The position numbers and the translations under genes are program-made. Below are positions 46,162 through 56,085 of a stretch of DNA of 64,000 nt, one piece after another. Source of the DNA: a virus. Taxonomy: Duplodnaviria > Heunggongvirae > Uroviricota > Caudoviricetes. The notes under the pieces were generated by a model that did no database searches, was not told where the DNA came from, and saw only the letters and a list, made by a program, of their open reading frames with translations. Within the stretch, counting starts at the first letter, position 1. Every line of letters begins with the position of its first letter. The stretch is taken from the IMG/VR virus record IMGVR_UViG_2639762884_000001, one strand, 5' to 3'.

Positions 46162-47304
46162 ATGTCATATTCAACGTTCCGTTTGGGTGCTAATGATGCA
46201 ACCAAAGAGCCTATGTTCCTCGGACAATCTGTCAACGTGGCACGTTACGATCAGCAAAAATACCGTGATTTTGAAAAGTTGATTGAACGTCAATTGTCTT
46301 TCTTCTGGCGGCCGGAAGAAGTTGATATTTCGAGCGATCGTATCGACTTCAACACGAAGCTGCGGGACCACGAACGTCACATTTTTCTGAGCAATCTCCG
46401 TTATCAAACGTTACTCGATTCAGTTCAGGGACGTAGTCCAAATGCAACGCTGCTGCCGCTTATCTCTATTCCTGAACTGGAAACGTGGGTTGAAACGTGG
46501 TCTTTCTCTGAGACTATCCATAGCCGCAGCTACACCCACATTATTCGTGGCATGGTGGACGATCCGAGCATTGTTTTTGACGGTATTGTTACGGATGAAG
46601 AAATCATCAACCGAGCGATCAGTATCTCTGCTGAATATGACAGGCTTTATGGGATGACCTGCGAGCGCCAGTCGTTAGGTGAGAAGGAGTTTGAACGTCT
46701 GTACGTAAATGAATATGGCTGGGAGCCATACCCTTTGCACCGTCAGCTTTTCCGCACGTTGGTGTCCATTAATGCGCTTGAGGCGATCCGTTTCTATGTA
46801 AGTTTTGCATGTACGTTTGCCTTTGGCGAACGGAAGTTGCTTGAGGGTAACACCAAAATTATGCGCTTTATTGCCCGTGATGAAGCTCTGCATTGCGAAG
46901 GAACTGAACGCATGATCCGCTTCATGCGTACCGGTCGCGAAGGTTTATTGTGGAAAGAGATTGCCGCTGATGAAGAAAACGTCATTTACGACACCATGAA
47001 ATCAGTCGCCGAACAAGAAATGAACTGGGCAGACTATCTCTTCAAAGACGGTTCGATGATTGGTTTAAACGCGGATATTCTCAAAACCTATGTAAAATAC
47101 CGCACCAATCTGGCTATGAATCGTCTTGGCCTGAAGGCTTTATTTCCAGAGGTTACCACCGATCCGCTGGTCTGGATGAACAAGTGGTTGTTAACCGACA
47201 CACTGCAAATTGCACCACAAGAGGCAGAGCAAAGCACATATCTGGTAGGTCAGATCGATTCTACCGTGGATAAGGCTTCTCTAAGCCAGTTTGCTGACCT
47301 GTAA
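46162..47304 (+). CDS. nrdB: ribonucleoside-diphosphate reductase small subunit (class Ia)
   Basis: 380 aa directly after nrdA; di-iron/tyrosyl-radical subunit pattern ([22 protein letters not shown]). Confidence 0.85.
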   Translation: MSYSTFRLGANDATKEPMFLGQSVNVARYDQQKYRDFEKLIERQLSFFWRPEEVDISSDRIDFNTKLRDHERHIFLSNLRYQTLLDSVQGRSPNATLLPLISIPELETWVETWSFSETIHSRSYTHIIRGMVDDPSIVFDGIVTDEEIINRAISISAEYDRLYGMTCERQSLGEKEFERLYVNEYGWEPYPLHRQLFRTLVSINALEAIRFYVSFACTFAFGERKLLEGNTKIMRFIARDEALHCEGTERMIRFMRTGREGLLWKEIAADEENVIYDTMKSVAEQEMNWADYLFKDGSMIGLNADILKTYVKYRTNLAMNRLGLKALFPEVTTDPLVWMNKWLLTDTLQIAPQEAEQSTYLVGQIDSTVDKASLSQFADL

Positions 47305-47381
47305 ACCGATACAAAGCATTATGTGGCCTGGCAACGCTGGGCCACAATGGATCACAAGAATTAAGAAGGAACAAAACTAGC

Positions 47382-48251
47382 ATGAACTTTACCAAACTGA
47401 CTGACCACCTGAAACTTGCCACCGATCGACTCATTGGATTTAAGCCAGAACCATATGAGTTGCATGAAGGTCATGGTGTAGCTACTGAAAGTATTTACAA
47501 GATGGTCGATCAGTTTCATGAACTCTTCCAGCATCCGAGACGCGTTATGCCGACACCAGAGCTGCTTCGTCTCCGTGCAAGCCTGATTCATGAAGAAGCT
47601 GTAGTGGAAGGTATTCCAGCCGCAATGAATGGGGATATTGAGCAACTGCTGGATGCAATGGCCGACTTTTTATACGTTGGTGTTGGTACGATGGTCGCCA
47701 TCAAAGGTGGTATTTCTACCGGCATGACCTATTACACGCAGGAACAGAGCATTGATCGCTTTATGCAGACAATTTTTGTGCCCGGTAACACTGTTTTCGA
47801 TGATATGGCAATGCCATTTCAGGAAGCTCGTGAGGCGTCATGTATGCTCGAAGAGCTGGCAGATAAACTTGAGAACAAGACTGTTAAGGATTCTGAGCTG
47901 ATTCAGGAACTGCGCCGTGTCATGAACAAAATCTATGTGGCGTGCATGATGACCTATCGACTGGCTGATTTCCTCGGTATCAATGTAGTCGAGCTGGTTG
48001 GCGAAATTCATCGGTCTAACATGACAAAATTATGGCCTGCTGATGTCGAGGAACGTCGCCAGGCTGTGGCCAACTGCAAATACGACTCTTCAGACCTGGG
48101 ATTTCGCCATGCTGATGGTACCGATAAGATGATCGGTTTTCGAATTTCCGATGGAAAGATTCTGAAGTCTCCAACCTATAGTGATGTCGATTTATCCTCC
48201 TTTGTTGAGCAAGCTAAAGCCTCAGCAATGTACGGAATGATCAAAAAATAA
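47382..48251 (+). CDS. hypothetical protein, possibly all-alpha NTP pyrophosphohydrolase (MazG-like)
   Basis: Helical protein in the nucleotide-metabolism block; weak similarity of EExxE/D-containing helices to MazG-type enzymes. Confidence 0.3.
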   Translation: MNFTKLTDHLKLATDRLIGFKPEPYELHEGHGVATESIYKMVDQFHELFQHPRRVMPTPELLRLRASLIHEEAVVEGIPAAMNGDIEQLLDAMADFLYVGVGTMVAIKGGISTGMTYYTQEQSIDRFMQTIFVPGNTVFDDMAMPFQEAREASCMLEELADKLENKTVKDSELIQELRRVMNKIYVACMMTYRLADFLGINVVELVGEIHRSNMTKLWPADVEERRQAVANCKYDSSDLGFRHADGTDKMIGFRISDGKILKSPTYSDVDLSSFVEQAKASAMYGMIKK

Positions 48252-48253
48252 TT

Positions 48254-48270
48254 GTAGGTAGTTATCTATC
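48254..48270. promoter_or_regulatory. GTAGGTAGTTATCTATC motif (family member)
   Basis: Immediately after stop of gene 47382..48251. Confidence 0.3.
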
Positions 48271-48319
48271 TATGTATATTGTGTTAGCGCGTTAAATTCC
48301 TGAAACAACTATTCGTTTT

Positions 48320-48346
48320 GGTGGCCTATGGCCACCATTTTTTTAT
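48320..48346 (+). terminator. rho-independent terminator
   Basis: ggtggcc tat ggccacc followed by atttttttat. Confidence 0.7.
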
Positions 48347-48421
48347 CTATCTGGCCTTGTTCCCTCAATAAATGTAAACTCACGTAATGAATAAGTGGTT
48401 ACTTATCTTTGTGAGGTTTTT

Positions 48422-49525
48422 GTGTCACTCCTTTTGAATCGTGAGCATACGAACGGTCAGGTAACAAACGCATCGTATGCAAAAGTTATTGAGACGGTGC
48501 TTAAAAGCGGCGTGCAGGCTGATGATCGCACAGGCACTGGTACTTTAAGCACCTGCTACGTTCCCTCTTACTACATGCTTACTGGTGGGACTGTGCCGCT
48601 TATTTCTGGAAAGGCGGTAAATCTTAAGCCACTGCTTGTCGAACTTGAGTGGTATCTGAAAGGCACGGGCAACATCCAATTTCTCAAGGATAACGGCGTT
48701 AAGATTTGGGATGCATGGGCCGATGAGAATGGCGATTTGGGGCCAGTTTACGGTAAGCAGTGGCGTCGATGGGAAGATACCCGCATCGTGAGCCATAGTG
48801 AATATCTGAGCAAGATCGCTACTTTCCGTGAACGCGGGTACAAAGTCGAGGGATACCTAGGTATCAGTGAAGATCGCGTAGTGCTGTCCCGTGAAATCGA
48901 TCAGCTACAGCGTATTGTCGATACACTGCGCACGAACCCTACCGATCGTCGCATCATGCTTAACGCATGGAACGTAGGCGAGCTTGAGGATATGAAACTG
49001 CCACCTTGCCACTTTGTCTTCTCTTTGTGGAGTCGTGAGCTTGATTTTGAAACCCGTTTAACGATGGCAACTGACATTGGTCTTCAACACAGTCGCCTCG
49101 GTTACGAGTCTATCTACACCAAGATGCTATACGATCTGGAGATGGACGGCAGTGTTACTGAAGCTGAACTGGATGAACTTGGAATCCCCAAACGCATCCT
49201 CAACTCCTGCCTCGTACAGCGTAGCGTAGACACTTTTGTTGGTATGCCATTCAATATTGCTGGCTATGGCATTCTCACTCATTTTCTCGCGAAGATTACG
49301 GGTCACATGGCCGGTGCATTTGTGCATTTTGGCTTTGACGTGCATTTGTACAATAACCACATGGAAAGTGTGCGTGAGCTAATGCAACGACAGGCTCCAG
49401 AGCATTCAGATCCGGTCGTTATATTCCCTAATGAATGGTCTGAGCTGGATGATTTCAAATGGGACGAGATTCTTATTCTTGGCTATGCCCCTCTACCGTG
49501 GATCAAGGTTCCAGTGGCGGTGTGA
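48422..49525 (+). CDS. thyA: thymidylate synthase (ThyA family) with internal insertion
   Basis: DRTGTGTLS, WDAWADENGDLGPVYGKQWR, active-site LPPCHF, PFNIAGY, HLYNNH; ~60-aa insertion after PPCHF versus E. coli ThyA; start moved to GTG 48422 with GAGG RBS. Confidence 0.8.
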   Translation: MSLLLNREHTNGQVTNASYAKVIETVLKSGVQADDRTGTGTLSTCYVPSYYMLTGGTVPLISGKAVNLKPLLVELEWYLKGTGNIQFLKDNGVKIWDAWADENGDLGPVYGKQWRRWEDTRIVSHSEYLSKIATFRERGYKVEGYLGISEDRVVLSREIDQLQRIVDTLRTNPTDRRIMLNAWNVGELEDMKLPPCHFVFSLWSRELDFETRLTMATDIGLQHSRLGYESIYTKMLYDLEMDGSVTEAELDELGIPKRILNSCLVQRSVDTFVGMPFNIAGYGILTHFLAKITGHMAGAFVHFGFDVHLYNNHMESVRELMQRQAPEHSDPVVIFPNEWSELDDFKWDEILILGYAPLPWIKVPVAV

Positions 49526-49526
49526 T

Positions 49527-49940
49527 ATGGCAAGAGGTATGTATGTCTTATGCGAAATTGAAGGTGTGCTGGCAAATACCAGCCATCGTAAATCTGTATC
49601 TGACTCGGATGCAGGCCAATTCATTGCCGGTGATGAACTCATTTTCCCCACCAGCCGTATGTTGCGTGGTTTTGCTCGCTCAGGGGCTGAAGTGGTGCTT
49701 ATCAGTAGCCGCTCTGAAACTCTTGAAGCGCCCACTAAACGATGGCTGAAAGATTTTGGTGTTGATTACGACTGGCTTCATCTCGTACCGAATAGCACTA
49801 GTTATGAGAAGCATATTAAGCGCACATTAGCGGAGCATAAAGGCGATCTGCTTATCGCTGCGCTGGTGCACGATCCTCGACTCCGTGCCGCTTTAGCTGA
49901 CTCTCATCATAGACCGGTCATCTATGAGGTGAGCAAATGA
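49527..49940 (+). CDS. hypothetical protein (possibly HAD-like hydrolase)
   Basis: ATG overlaps thyA stop; N-terminus MARGMYVLCEIEGVL loosely resembles HAD motif I. Confidence 0.3.
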   Translation: MARGMYVLCEIEGVLANTSHRKSVSDSDAGQFIAGDELIFPTSRMLRGFARSGAEVVLISSRSETLEAPTKRWLKDFGVDYDWLHLVPNSTSYEKHIKRTLAEHKGDLLIAALVHDPRLRAALADSHHRPVIYEVSK

Positions 49941-50413
49941 AGATGATAGCTGCTGTTGGCCGTAACTATGAGATCGGCATAGCGAACGAACTGCCCTGGC
50001 GTTGTTCTACCGATCTGAAGCTATTTAAGAGACTCACCAAAAACGCCACTGTCGTTATGGGGCGTAAAACGATGGAAAGTCTCAAACGCCCTCTTCCAGA
50101 GCGTCATAACCTCGTTTTGACGCGCTCTCATGGCTTTGTACCAAATGGATTCTACCCTGCTGGTGTGGATGATGTGTTGCGATTACCAGAGCCTGTGTGG
50201 GTGATTGGCGGGAAACAAATTTACTCGCTATTCATGCCGCATGTTGAAGAGATTTGGCTCTCCCACATCGACGTTGATGTGCCAAACGCCGATGCATTCT
50301 TCCCGGCAAGCATGATGCGTAATTTAGGCTTTGTGCCTGTTGAAACAGCTTATACCCAACGAGCCAGCGAGGAAGAGCCTGGCTTTTCGCAGATCGTATA
50401 CAGAAGGTCGTAA
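49937..50413 (+). CDS. dihydrofolate reductase
   Basis: 158 aa; N-terminal MIAAVGRNYEIG...LPW and VVMGRKT segments typical of DHFR; adjacent to thyA. Confidence 0.75.
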   Translation: MKMIAAVGRNYEIGIANELPWRCSTDLKLFKRLTKNATVVMGRKTMESLKRPLPERHNLVLTRSHGFVPNGFYPAGVDDVLRLPEPVWVIGGKQIYSLFMPHVEEIWLSHIDVDVPNADAFFPASMMRNLGFVPVETAYTQRASEEEPGFSQIVYRRS

Positions 50414-51057
50414 TGGATTACCGGATTGGGATCACTGGTGCTCAGGGCAGTGGGAAAACAACCCTGGCTAAATATATCGACAAACATTACGGAATCCCTT
50501 ACGTGGATGCTGGTGTCGGAAGTTTGATGAGCCGCCTCGGTGTTCGAGTAGGTGAGTCTATGCCTCTATATGAGCGGCTTCAGATTCAAATGGAAATAGC
50601 AAAGCATATAGAGCTACTTACACGTGGTGTTGAAGGCTTTGTTATCGATCGCACACCTGCTGATGTTATGGCCTACACGTTGGATTTGGTCGGCCATACA
50701 AATGAAGATCGGTGTATTGAGTTAGCCCTCGATATCGAAAAGTTTTGCCACAAAACTGCTATTTCAAACTTTAACGCCATTGCTGGCCTACGCCCGGGGG
50801 TCTCTCTCTCAGAGCGAGATTACTTGCGGTCACAACGAGCATCATTAGACCGTCTGTATGTCGCTCGTATTGATGCGTTGATGTGCGGGGAACTGACAAA
50901 AATTCACCTGCATCCGCAAAGGGGAGATCTGCAAACCTTCGTCGTTTCCAACCGGTATCGCACAGTTGAAGCAAGAGCCAGATCAGTAATGAGAATGCTC
51001 GATAACGCGGTAGAAAAGATAGAAAACCGCTTCTGTGGCCGAGTTACCGTTCATTAG
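50413..51057 (+). CDS. P-loop nucleoside/nucleotide kinase-like protein
   Basis: Walker A GITGAQGSGKTT at N-terminus; 214 aa; in nucleotide-metabolism block. Confidence 0.5.
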   Translation: MDYRIGITGAQGSGKTTLAKYIDKHYGIPYVDAGVGSLMSRLGVRVGESMPLYERLQIQMEIAKHIELLTRGVEGFVIDRTPADVMAYTLDLVGHTNEDRCIELALDIEKFCHKTAISNFNAIAGLRPGVSLSERDYLRSQRASLDRLYVARIDALMCGELTKIHLHPQRGDLQTFVVSNRYRTVEARARSVMRMLDNAVEKIENRFCGRVTVH

Positions 51058-51118
51058 AAATTGTTCGCCTCTTCGACATTGCGACAATAAAACTCTCAAA
51101 ATGGGTTAAGGATAAAAA

Positions 51119-51538
51119 ATGTTTAGTGAACTGTTGCTTGAAGATGAACTGGATCGGAAAACAACAGAGGCTTTGATTCGTGTAGCGGACGAACATTCCC
51201 GGTCGCTTATGAGCGATCGAGAGGCTCGTCTGGCTATTCGTGCCATATTCGAAACTGTGCAGGGGCTTGTTGGCGCACAAGTAGGTGAAGCCATTAACAT
51301 CGCCATGTCTCAGTTCAGTGAAGGCAGTATAAAGCCTCTGTTTCCTATGCATTTGATGCTGGCTGGTGGCACGGTGCTTTACGTCTCTGTTTGTCTGGAT
51401 AGCAACCAAATCAACATTCTCAACACGGCGTCAGGTAAGTGGAAAGATCCGGTTGTCTGTGAAACCAGTGAAGAAACTTTGAAAAAAGCGGCTCAATTTG
51501 TACGTAGCGCACTACTTAAGGGCGCTAAGAAGTTGTAA
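51119..51538 (+). CDS. hypothetical protein
   Basis: 139-aa ORF with AAGGA RBS. Confidence 0.5.
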   Translation: MFSELLLEDELDRKTTEALIRVADEHSRSLMSDREARLAIRAIFETVQGLVGAQVGEAINIAMSQFSEGSIKPLFPMHLMLAGGTVLYVSVCLDSNQINILNTASGKWKDPVVCETSEETLKKAAQFVRSALLKGAKKL

Positions 51539-51547
51539 GGAGTTTTG

Positions 51548-52105
51548 ATGACAACGATTGTTGCAGGCATCGATATCGAGTCTACGGGGCTGGATTTCCT
51601 TTCTGGTCATAAAATTATTGAAATCGCAATTACCCGCTATGAACTGGAGACACAGAGACATATTGATAGTCTGGAGATGCGTTTTAACCCTCGCAGGAAC
51701 ATAGATCCGAAAGCTCAAGCCGTTCATGGCATTTCATTAGAACAGCTGGCAGCTGAACCTTTGTTGTCAAATCATGCCAGCGAAATTGGCGCTTATATGG
51801 AGGCATGTAGTGCGTGGGTTGCTCATAACGGCGAAGCGTTTGATATACCATTTATTAGACACGAGTTTTCAGGGTATGGAGTAAGACTGCCAGACGTTCC
51901 CGTTATAGATACTATGTTATCGGGATTGTGGGCCACAGAAGACGGCAAACGTCCTCGCCTTGAAGAATTGGCCTTCTCTCTTGGCTTTATATACGATCAT
52001 ACCAAAGCACATAGTGCCTTATATGACACAAACTTAATGATGCAATGCTTCTTTAAGGCACGTAATAAATACGGATTTTTTAAATTACCCTCTGAAATTG
52101 TGTAA
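51548..52105 (+). CDS. DnaQ-like 3'-5' exonuclease (DEDDh family)
   Basis: Exo I motif GIDIESTG, Exo II-like AHNGEAFDIPFI, C-terminal H...D (AHSALYD); ATG 51548 with AAGGAG RBS. Confidence 0.75.
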   Translation: MTTIVAGIDIESTGLDFLSGHKIIEIAITRYELETQRHIDSLEMRFNPRRNIDPKAQAVHGISLEQLAAEPLLSNHASEIGAYMEACSAWVAHNGEAFDIPFIRHEFSGYGVRLPDVPVIDTMLSGLWATEDGKRPRLEELAFSLGFIYDHTKAHSALYDTNLMMQCFFKARNKYGFFKLPSEIV

Positions 52106-52109
52106 AACA

Positions 52110-52150
52110 AAAGCCTGCTTTAAAGATAGTTTGAAGCAGGCTTTCTTTTA
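52110..52150 (+). terminator. rho-independent terminator
   Basis: aagcctgctt ... aagcaggctt followed by tcttttaaa. Confidence 0.65.
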
Positions 52151-52265
52151 AAGAACAGTCGCCTTTCAATCATTTCCTGCCTGTATTTAATACTTTTCCG
52201 CCTGATAGGTTTAGTCAAAATGTAGCCATCGAAACGCAAATGCAACTAAACAGAAGGAGACTTAC

Positions 52266-53075
52266 ATGAGTTCGGTTGAAAATGTAATGACAAATGATGA
52301 TCTGGATGAGCTGACAGCCATGTTGCAATCACTTGATGAACCAGTAAAAAAAGCTGCACAGGTTGAAAATACTGATGATATTGACGATCTGCTTCTCGGC
52401 CTCGATGCTGGCGTAGCCATGAGTTCTGATGATGTTGCCGAAGAACTGTTCAATGAAGAAAAAGTAGGTGATTTCAGCTCCGCTTTAAATGAGTTGGAAT
52501 TAGCTCATGAGCCTATAAACGTAATTAACGCTGAAAGTGTTGAAGCTGCCGTAAACGAGCCAGAACAATTGGGATTTATTGAGGTTGAAGAGTGTGTTGA
52601 GGTTAATGAAGAATTAAAAGTTCAACAGTCAAATGATAGCAATACAAATAAAAAAGCTCGTACTGCAAGAGGTCCTCGTTTTACTTTAAGTGATAAAGAT
52701 GATTCGTTTTTCAATAAAGCAGGCTTAGAAAAAGATATTTTCTTAGACGCTTACGATAACGCGCCTGTCAAAGCAAAGGATAAGATATTAAACCTTCTTA
52801 ATTGGTTTAGCGGAGGTCCAGATATTAGTGTTTACACGGTAATTTCCATGAGACACCTTCTCACAGAAAAGAAGGCTACAAGTAATAGTATTAAGATTGC
52901 TTTAATGAGCAATCCAGAAAAACCGTATCCGCTTAACACTGCGTCAACTCAGGCTGGGCAAATGATGGCTGTATTTCCAGCTACAGGAATTGCCGTTAGA
53001 GACGGTGGAAATCTAACATTGAACGAAGAATCACCGATCGTTAAGAAGTTTGTCGCGGAGTACACTATTGGATGA
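52266..53075 (+). CDS. highly acidic hypothetical protein
   Basis: 269 aa; N-terminal half very Asp/Glu-rich (DDLDELTAMLQSLDEP...DDIDDLLLGLDAG...); AGGAG RBS. Confidence 0.5.
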   Translation: MSSVENVMTNDDLDELTAMLQSLDEPVKKAAQVENTDDIDDLLLGLDAGVAMSSDDVAEELFNEEKVGDFSSALNELELAHEPINVINAESVEAAVNEPEQLGFIEVEECVEVNEELKVQQSNDSNTNKKARTARGPRFTLSDKDDSFFNKAGLEKDIFLDAYDNAPVKAKDKILNLLNWFSGGPDISVYTVISMRHLLTEKKATSNSIKIALMSNPEKPYPLNTASTQAGQMMAVFPATGIAVRDGGNLTLNEESPIVKKFVAEYTIG

Positions 53076-53227
53076 CGTTCCCCTACTGAAAATAAAGCCC
53101 ATAGAGAGCTTTATAGTGCTGGGTAAGCCAATCACATACCCAGCACCACAAAAACGCGCCAGAGAGCTTCTCGTTTGCATTTCTGGCGCGTTTTATTTGA
53201 TTGCCATACATAAAATCAAATGCAAAA

Positions 53228-53247
53228 ATAGGTAATCACTTACCTAT
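53228..53247. promoter_or_regulatory. ATAGGTAATCACTTACCTAT palindrome (family member)
   Basis: Perfect AGGTAA/TTACCT inverted repeat just upstream of the Dam-like gene. Confidence 0.35.
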
Positions 53248-53258
53248 TGAGAAAGAAG

Positions 53259-53852
53259 ATGATTGCAGCCGAAAAAATCAAAAAGCGAAAGCGCGACAAC
53301 TCTCTTCGTGACCTCTGGAGAACACCTGACTGGCTGTTTAATGCCATTCAACGTTATCTGGGAGTGACATTTGATGTTGACGTTGCCTGCAATAAGGACA
53401 ATGCAAAGCTGCCTATTTTCATAGGCGTTGAGCGCGATGCTTTGAAATCTGAATGGGGGCAGCCAGGTACAATTGCCTTCCTCAATCCACCCTACTCCAA
53501 AATCTCCCCCTGGATTGATGCGGCTATACGTGAGCAGGCTCGCGGAGTTACAACAGTGATGCTAATTCCTCAATCCCTCGATACAAAGTGGTATGAGCGT
53601 GCAACAGAGTGTGCGAATGAGACGATTATTCTGTCTGGTGGCCGCGTAGCGTTTGTCGAGCCTGACGTCAATCTGGGTCAGGTAGAAGTAAACATCAACC
53701 CCGGTGGCAGTATGCTCGTTGTTTTTCGCGGATTCTGTCAGGACGCTGGGCACTCTATAAGCAAGATCCCTTTGGACGTCATGAAAAGTCTGGGAGGGTA
53801 TGATCCTGCGAATGTGATCAGGAAAAAAAGACCATCAAAGAAGGCTGCTTAG
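53259..53852 (+). CDS. DNA N6-adenine methyltransferase (phage Dam-like)
   Basis: Catalytic NPPY (AFLNPPYSKISPWIDAA); 197 aa from ATG 53259 (table start 53247 is TTG). Confidence 0.7.
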   Translation: MIAAEKIKKRKRDNSLRDLWRTPDWLFNAIQRYLGVTFDVDVACNKDNAKLPIFIGVERDALKSEWGQPGTIAFLNPPYSKISPWIDAAIREQARGVTTVMLIPQSLDTKWYERATECANETIILSGGRVAFVEPDVNLGQVEVNINPGGSMLVVFRGFCQDAGHSISKIPLDVMKSLGGYDPANVIRKKRPSKKAA

Positions 53853-53873
53853 TTTGCTCTGGCGTCTGTAATT

Positions 53874-53932
53874 AGCCTGCTTCTGTATATATAAATAACT
53901 ACATATTAATTATTAATATACGGAAGCAGGCT
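53874..53932. repeat. AGCCTGCTTCTGTATATAT...ATATACGGAAGCAGGCT hairpin element, copy 2 (likely terminator)
   Basis: Near-identical to 6778-6838 element; followed by gttttg. Confidence 0.5.
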
Positions 53933-54038
53933 GTTTTGTATCAGAGACTCCCAGACCTGAACATCACTACAGAATCCACTAGAACCCCTTCCCAGACGCT
54001 TTAAAATCGATTTTATGAACCACTTTAAGGAAACCAAC

Positions 54039-54269
54039 ATGTCATACCCGACTAATGTCGTTGCGCTCGTAGAGAGCGATTTTCTGGCCCAGGCTCGTGA
54101 AATGATGAAAGATCGTGAGCAGGCCTTCAACTTGTACGAATGGGCAATTAAGTGCTTGCATCTTGGCGAGCATCGCGAACTTGTTGAACAGCTTTTAGGT
54201 GAGTTGATCAATGAGGTGTTTGCCTTGAATGTTCAACTACATGGTAGAGAAAATAATCAATCACAATGA
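54039..54269 (+). CDS. hypothetical protein
   Basis: ATG 54039 with AAGGA RBS. Confidence 0.45.
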   Translation: MSYPTNVVALVESDFLAQAREMMKDREQAFNLYEWAIKCLHLGEHRELVEQLLGELINEVFALNVQLHGRENNQSQ

Positions 54270-54850
54270 TAGATAAGTACAAACTATTCATAAAGTGAAT
54301 TGTAAGTGCTAAGATCTGATAGTTTCCAGTCGTAGACTGGAGGCTCGATCTGATGGGTGGGGGTAAGCGTCACTGGCGTCAGGTTTAAAAAAGCTCACTA
54401 CCAGCGTAGAACCGGTGCCGTTTAGGTGTCGGGGAAGGGGGAACCAAAGTGAGCAGAGACAAGGGTCACTTTATGATTGTCGAGTCTGGGGTGTTTCGAG
54501 AGGTTGAATCCAGTACTCCCCTTCATAAAGTGTGGGAAGATCTCGGTTCTGGGGTGCTGTCATCCATAACTTCCCAAGTCTAAGCTGGCAGTAGACTTAG
54601 ACCATAGCTTTTCAGGTTATGAAACGACCAGGTTGGTGAGGAATTTTATACTCACCTCCCTGGGAGAGTATTACCTGAAAAGACAACCTCTCACTTCGTT
54701 CGAGGTGAACTTCACTCACTTCGTTCGTTCAGTTCAGGTTTATAAAAACCTGTTCTGGGAAGTAATTTGTTTATTTTAATAATTATTAACACGCACGCGT
54801 GTGCGCACGCGCGAGGAAAAAATCGGCGCGGCGCTTGATTCAGGAGTTTA
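54270..54850. other. ~580-bp non-coding, GC-richer structured region (candidate ncRNA or cis element)
   Basis: No plausible ORF on either strand; hairpins (ccagtc gta gactgg), direct repeats (tcacttcgttcg x2, tctggggtg x2) and GC palindrome cacgcgtg near 54790-54812. Confidence 0.35.
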
Positions 54851-54851
54851 T

Positions 54852-55445
54852 ATGACGACGAAGACACCAGCCCGATCGCAAGCAAAAACTCGCAAAAAAG
54901 ACAAAAACAAAAATTCTCCCCGCACCAATCCCACAACGCCTGTCGTAGAGTTCAACCCCCAGCTTAAAACCGTGAAAATCTTTAGTGATGGCTCTTGCCT
55001 CAAAAATCCGGGTGGCCCGGGCGGTTACGGTATCGTTCTCCAGTATCGTGGTGAGGAACGCGAGTTCTCAGATGGTTTTCATAGCACCACCAATAACCGC
55101 ATGGAGATGATGGGGGCACTTATCGGGCTGGAGCGTTTGAAATATCCATGCAACGTTATTTTGTACTCTGATAGCCAGTATCTGAAAAACGGCATGACAC
55201 AGTGGATGAAATGGTGGAAACGTAATGGATGGATGACTTCTGATAAAAAACCGGTAAAGAATGTTGATCTGTGGAAACGTCTGGATGAGGCCGCAAGTCG
55301 ACATAATGTTCGCTGGAAGTGGGTTAAAGGTCACGCCGGGCATCGTGAAAATGAAATATGTGATCGACTCGCGAAGATCGCAGCTTTTTCCGCAGCCGAT
55401 ACGCCTCACAAGAAAGACATTGGTTTTATTTACAACAAGTGGTAA
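54852..55445 (+). CDS. rnhA: ribonuclease HI with N-terminal basic extension
   Basis: Core closely matches bacterial RNase HI ([51 protein letters not shown]); ~38-aa Lys/Arg/Thr-rich N-terminal extension; ATG 54852 with AGGAG RBS. Confidence 0.85.
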   Translation: MTTKTPARSQAKTRKKDKNKNSPRTNPTTPVVEFNPQLKTVKIFSDGSCLKNPGGPGGYGIVLQYRGEEREFSDGFHSTTNNRMEMMGALIGLERLKYPCNVILYSDSQYLKNGMTQWMKWWKRNGWMTSDKKPVKNVDLWKRLDEAASRHNVRWKWVKGHAGHRENEICDRLAKIAAFSAADTPHKKDIGFIYNKW

Positions 55446-55462
55446 GTAAGTGTTTACCTATC
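55442..55462. promoter_or_regulatory. GTAAGTAAGTGTTTACCTATC motif (family member)
   Basis: Overlaps the RNase H stop codon. Confidence 0.3.
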
Positions 55463-55590
55463 ATATTAAATCATGTATCTTATCGGCGTCAGGATGACAA
55501 TGTGTCGGTAAGACACAGTTCCAGGATGGAACGAGAAAGGCGGCTGGCGATCGCCAGCCGCAACTCTTTCTGACACTGGATGGAGTCCAC

Positions 55591-56085
55591 ATGGCACGTC
55601 AAACCTATTTCACTTCTGCAACTAAACGTCCTCGTTCACTACGTCAAATTTTGGCCGAATTATTTAGCGGTCGTGTTCTGTCACGTCTTGATGAACTGGA
55701 GACTACCGTTCGGTTGCTGAATGAACGTTTAGATAAGCAAGCGTCAGTTGTTGCGAACGTGGGGGCGATTGTTACCTCTGGTTCTTCACACCAAGCGAAA
55801 AATGCACGGCCTTTAGTGAAGGAGAAAAACAACAAGGACAGTTCGAATGGAAAATTTTCAAAGAAAGAGGCTGAAACCAATGGCCTACGTTCTCATTATA
55901 GTTTCACTGGCGACGGTAGCCGTTCCAGCCGGTCAGAGCCTTTTGATGCCGGATTCATCCATCACCACACCTCCGTCGACGACAATTACCACCACTCCAG
56001 TAGAGCGTCCTGTCACTCTGGATGGGATGACGGTGGATGCGATACCTCAAGTTCATCCAGTTACTCAGGATCATGTTGTGACTAA
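55591..56085 (+). CDS. hypothetical protein (3' half doubtful)
   Basis: Convincing coiled-coil-like N-terminal ~90 aa; 3' half overlaps ORF 55847..56098 in another frame and looks low-complexity. Confidence 0.3.
   Translation: MARQTYFTSATKRPRSLRQILAELFSGRVLSRLDELETTVRLLNERLDKQASVVANVGAIVTSGSSHQAKNARPLVKEKNNKDSSNGKFSKKEAETNGLRSHYSFTGDGSRSSRSEPFDAGFIHHHTSVDDNYHHSSRASCHSGWDDGGCDTSSSSSYSGSCCD

Noticed and set aside
53050-53235. Table ORF 53050..53235 (61 aa)
   Set aside because: Overlaps the end of the acidic-protein gene and the promoter motif of the Dam-like gene; no RBS; likely non-coding.
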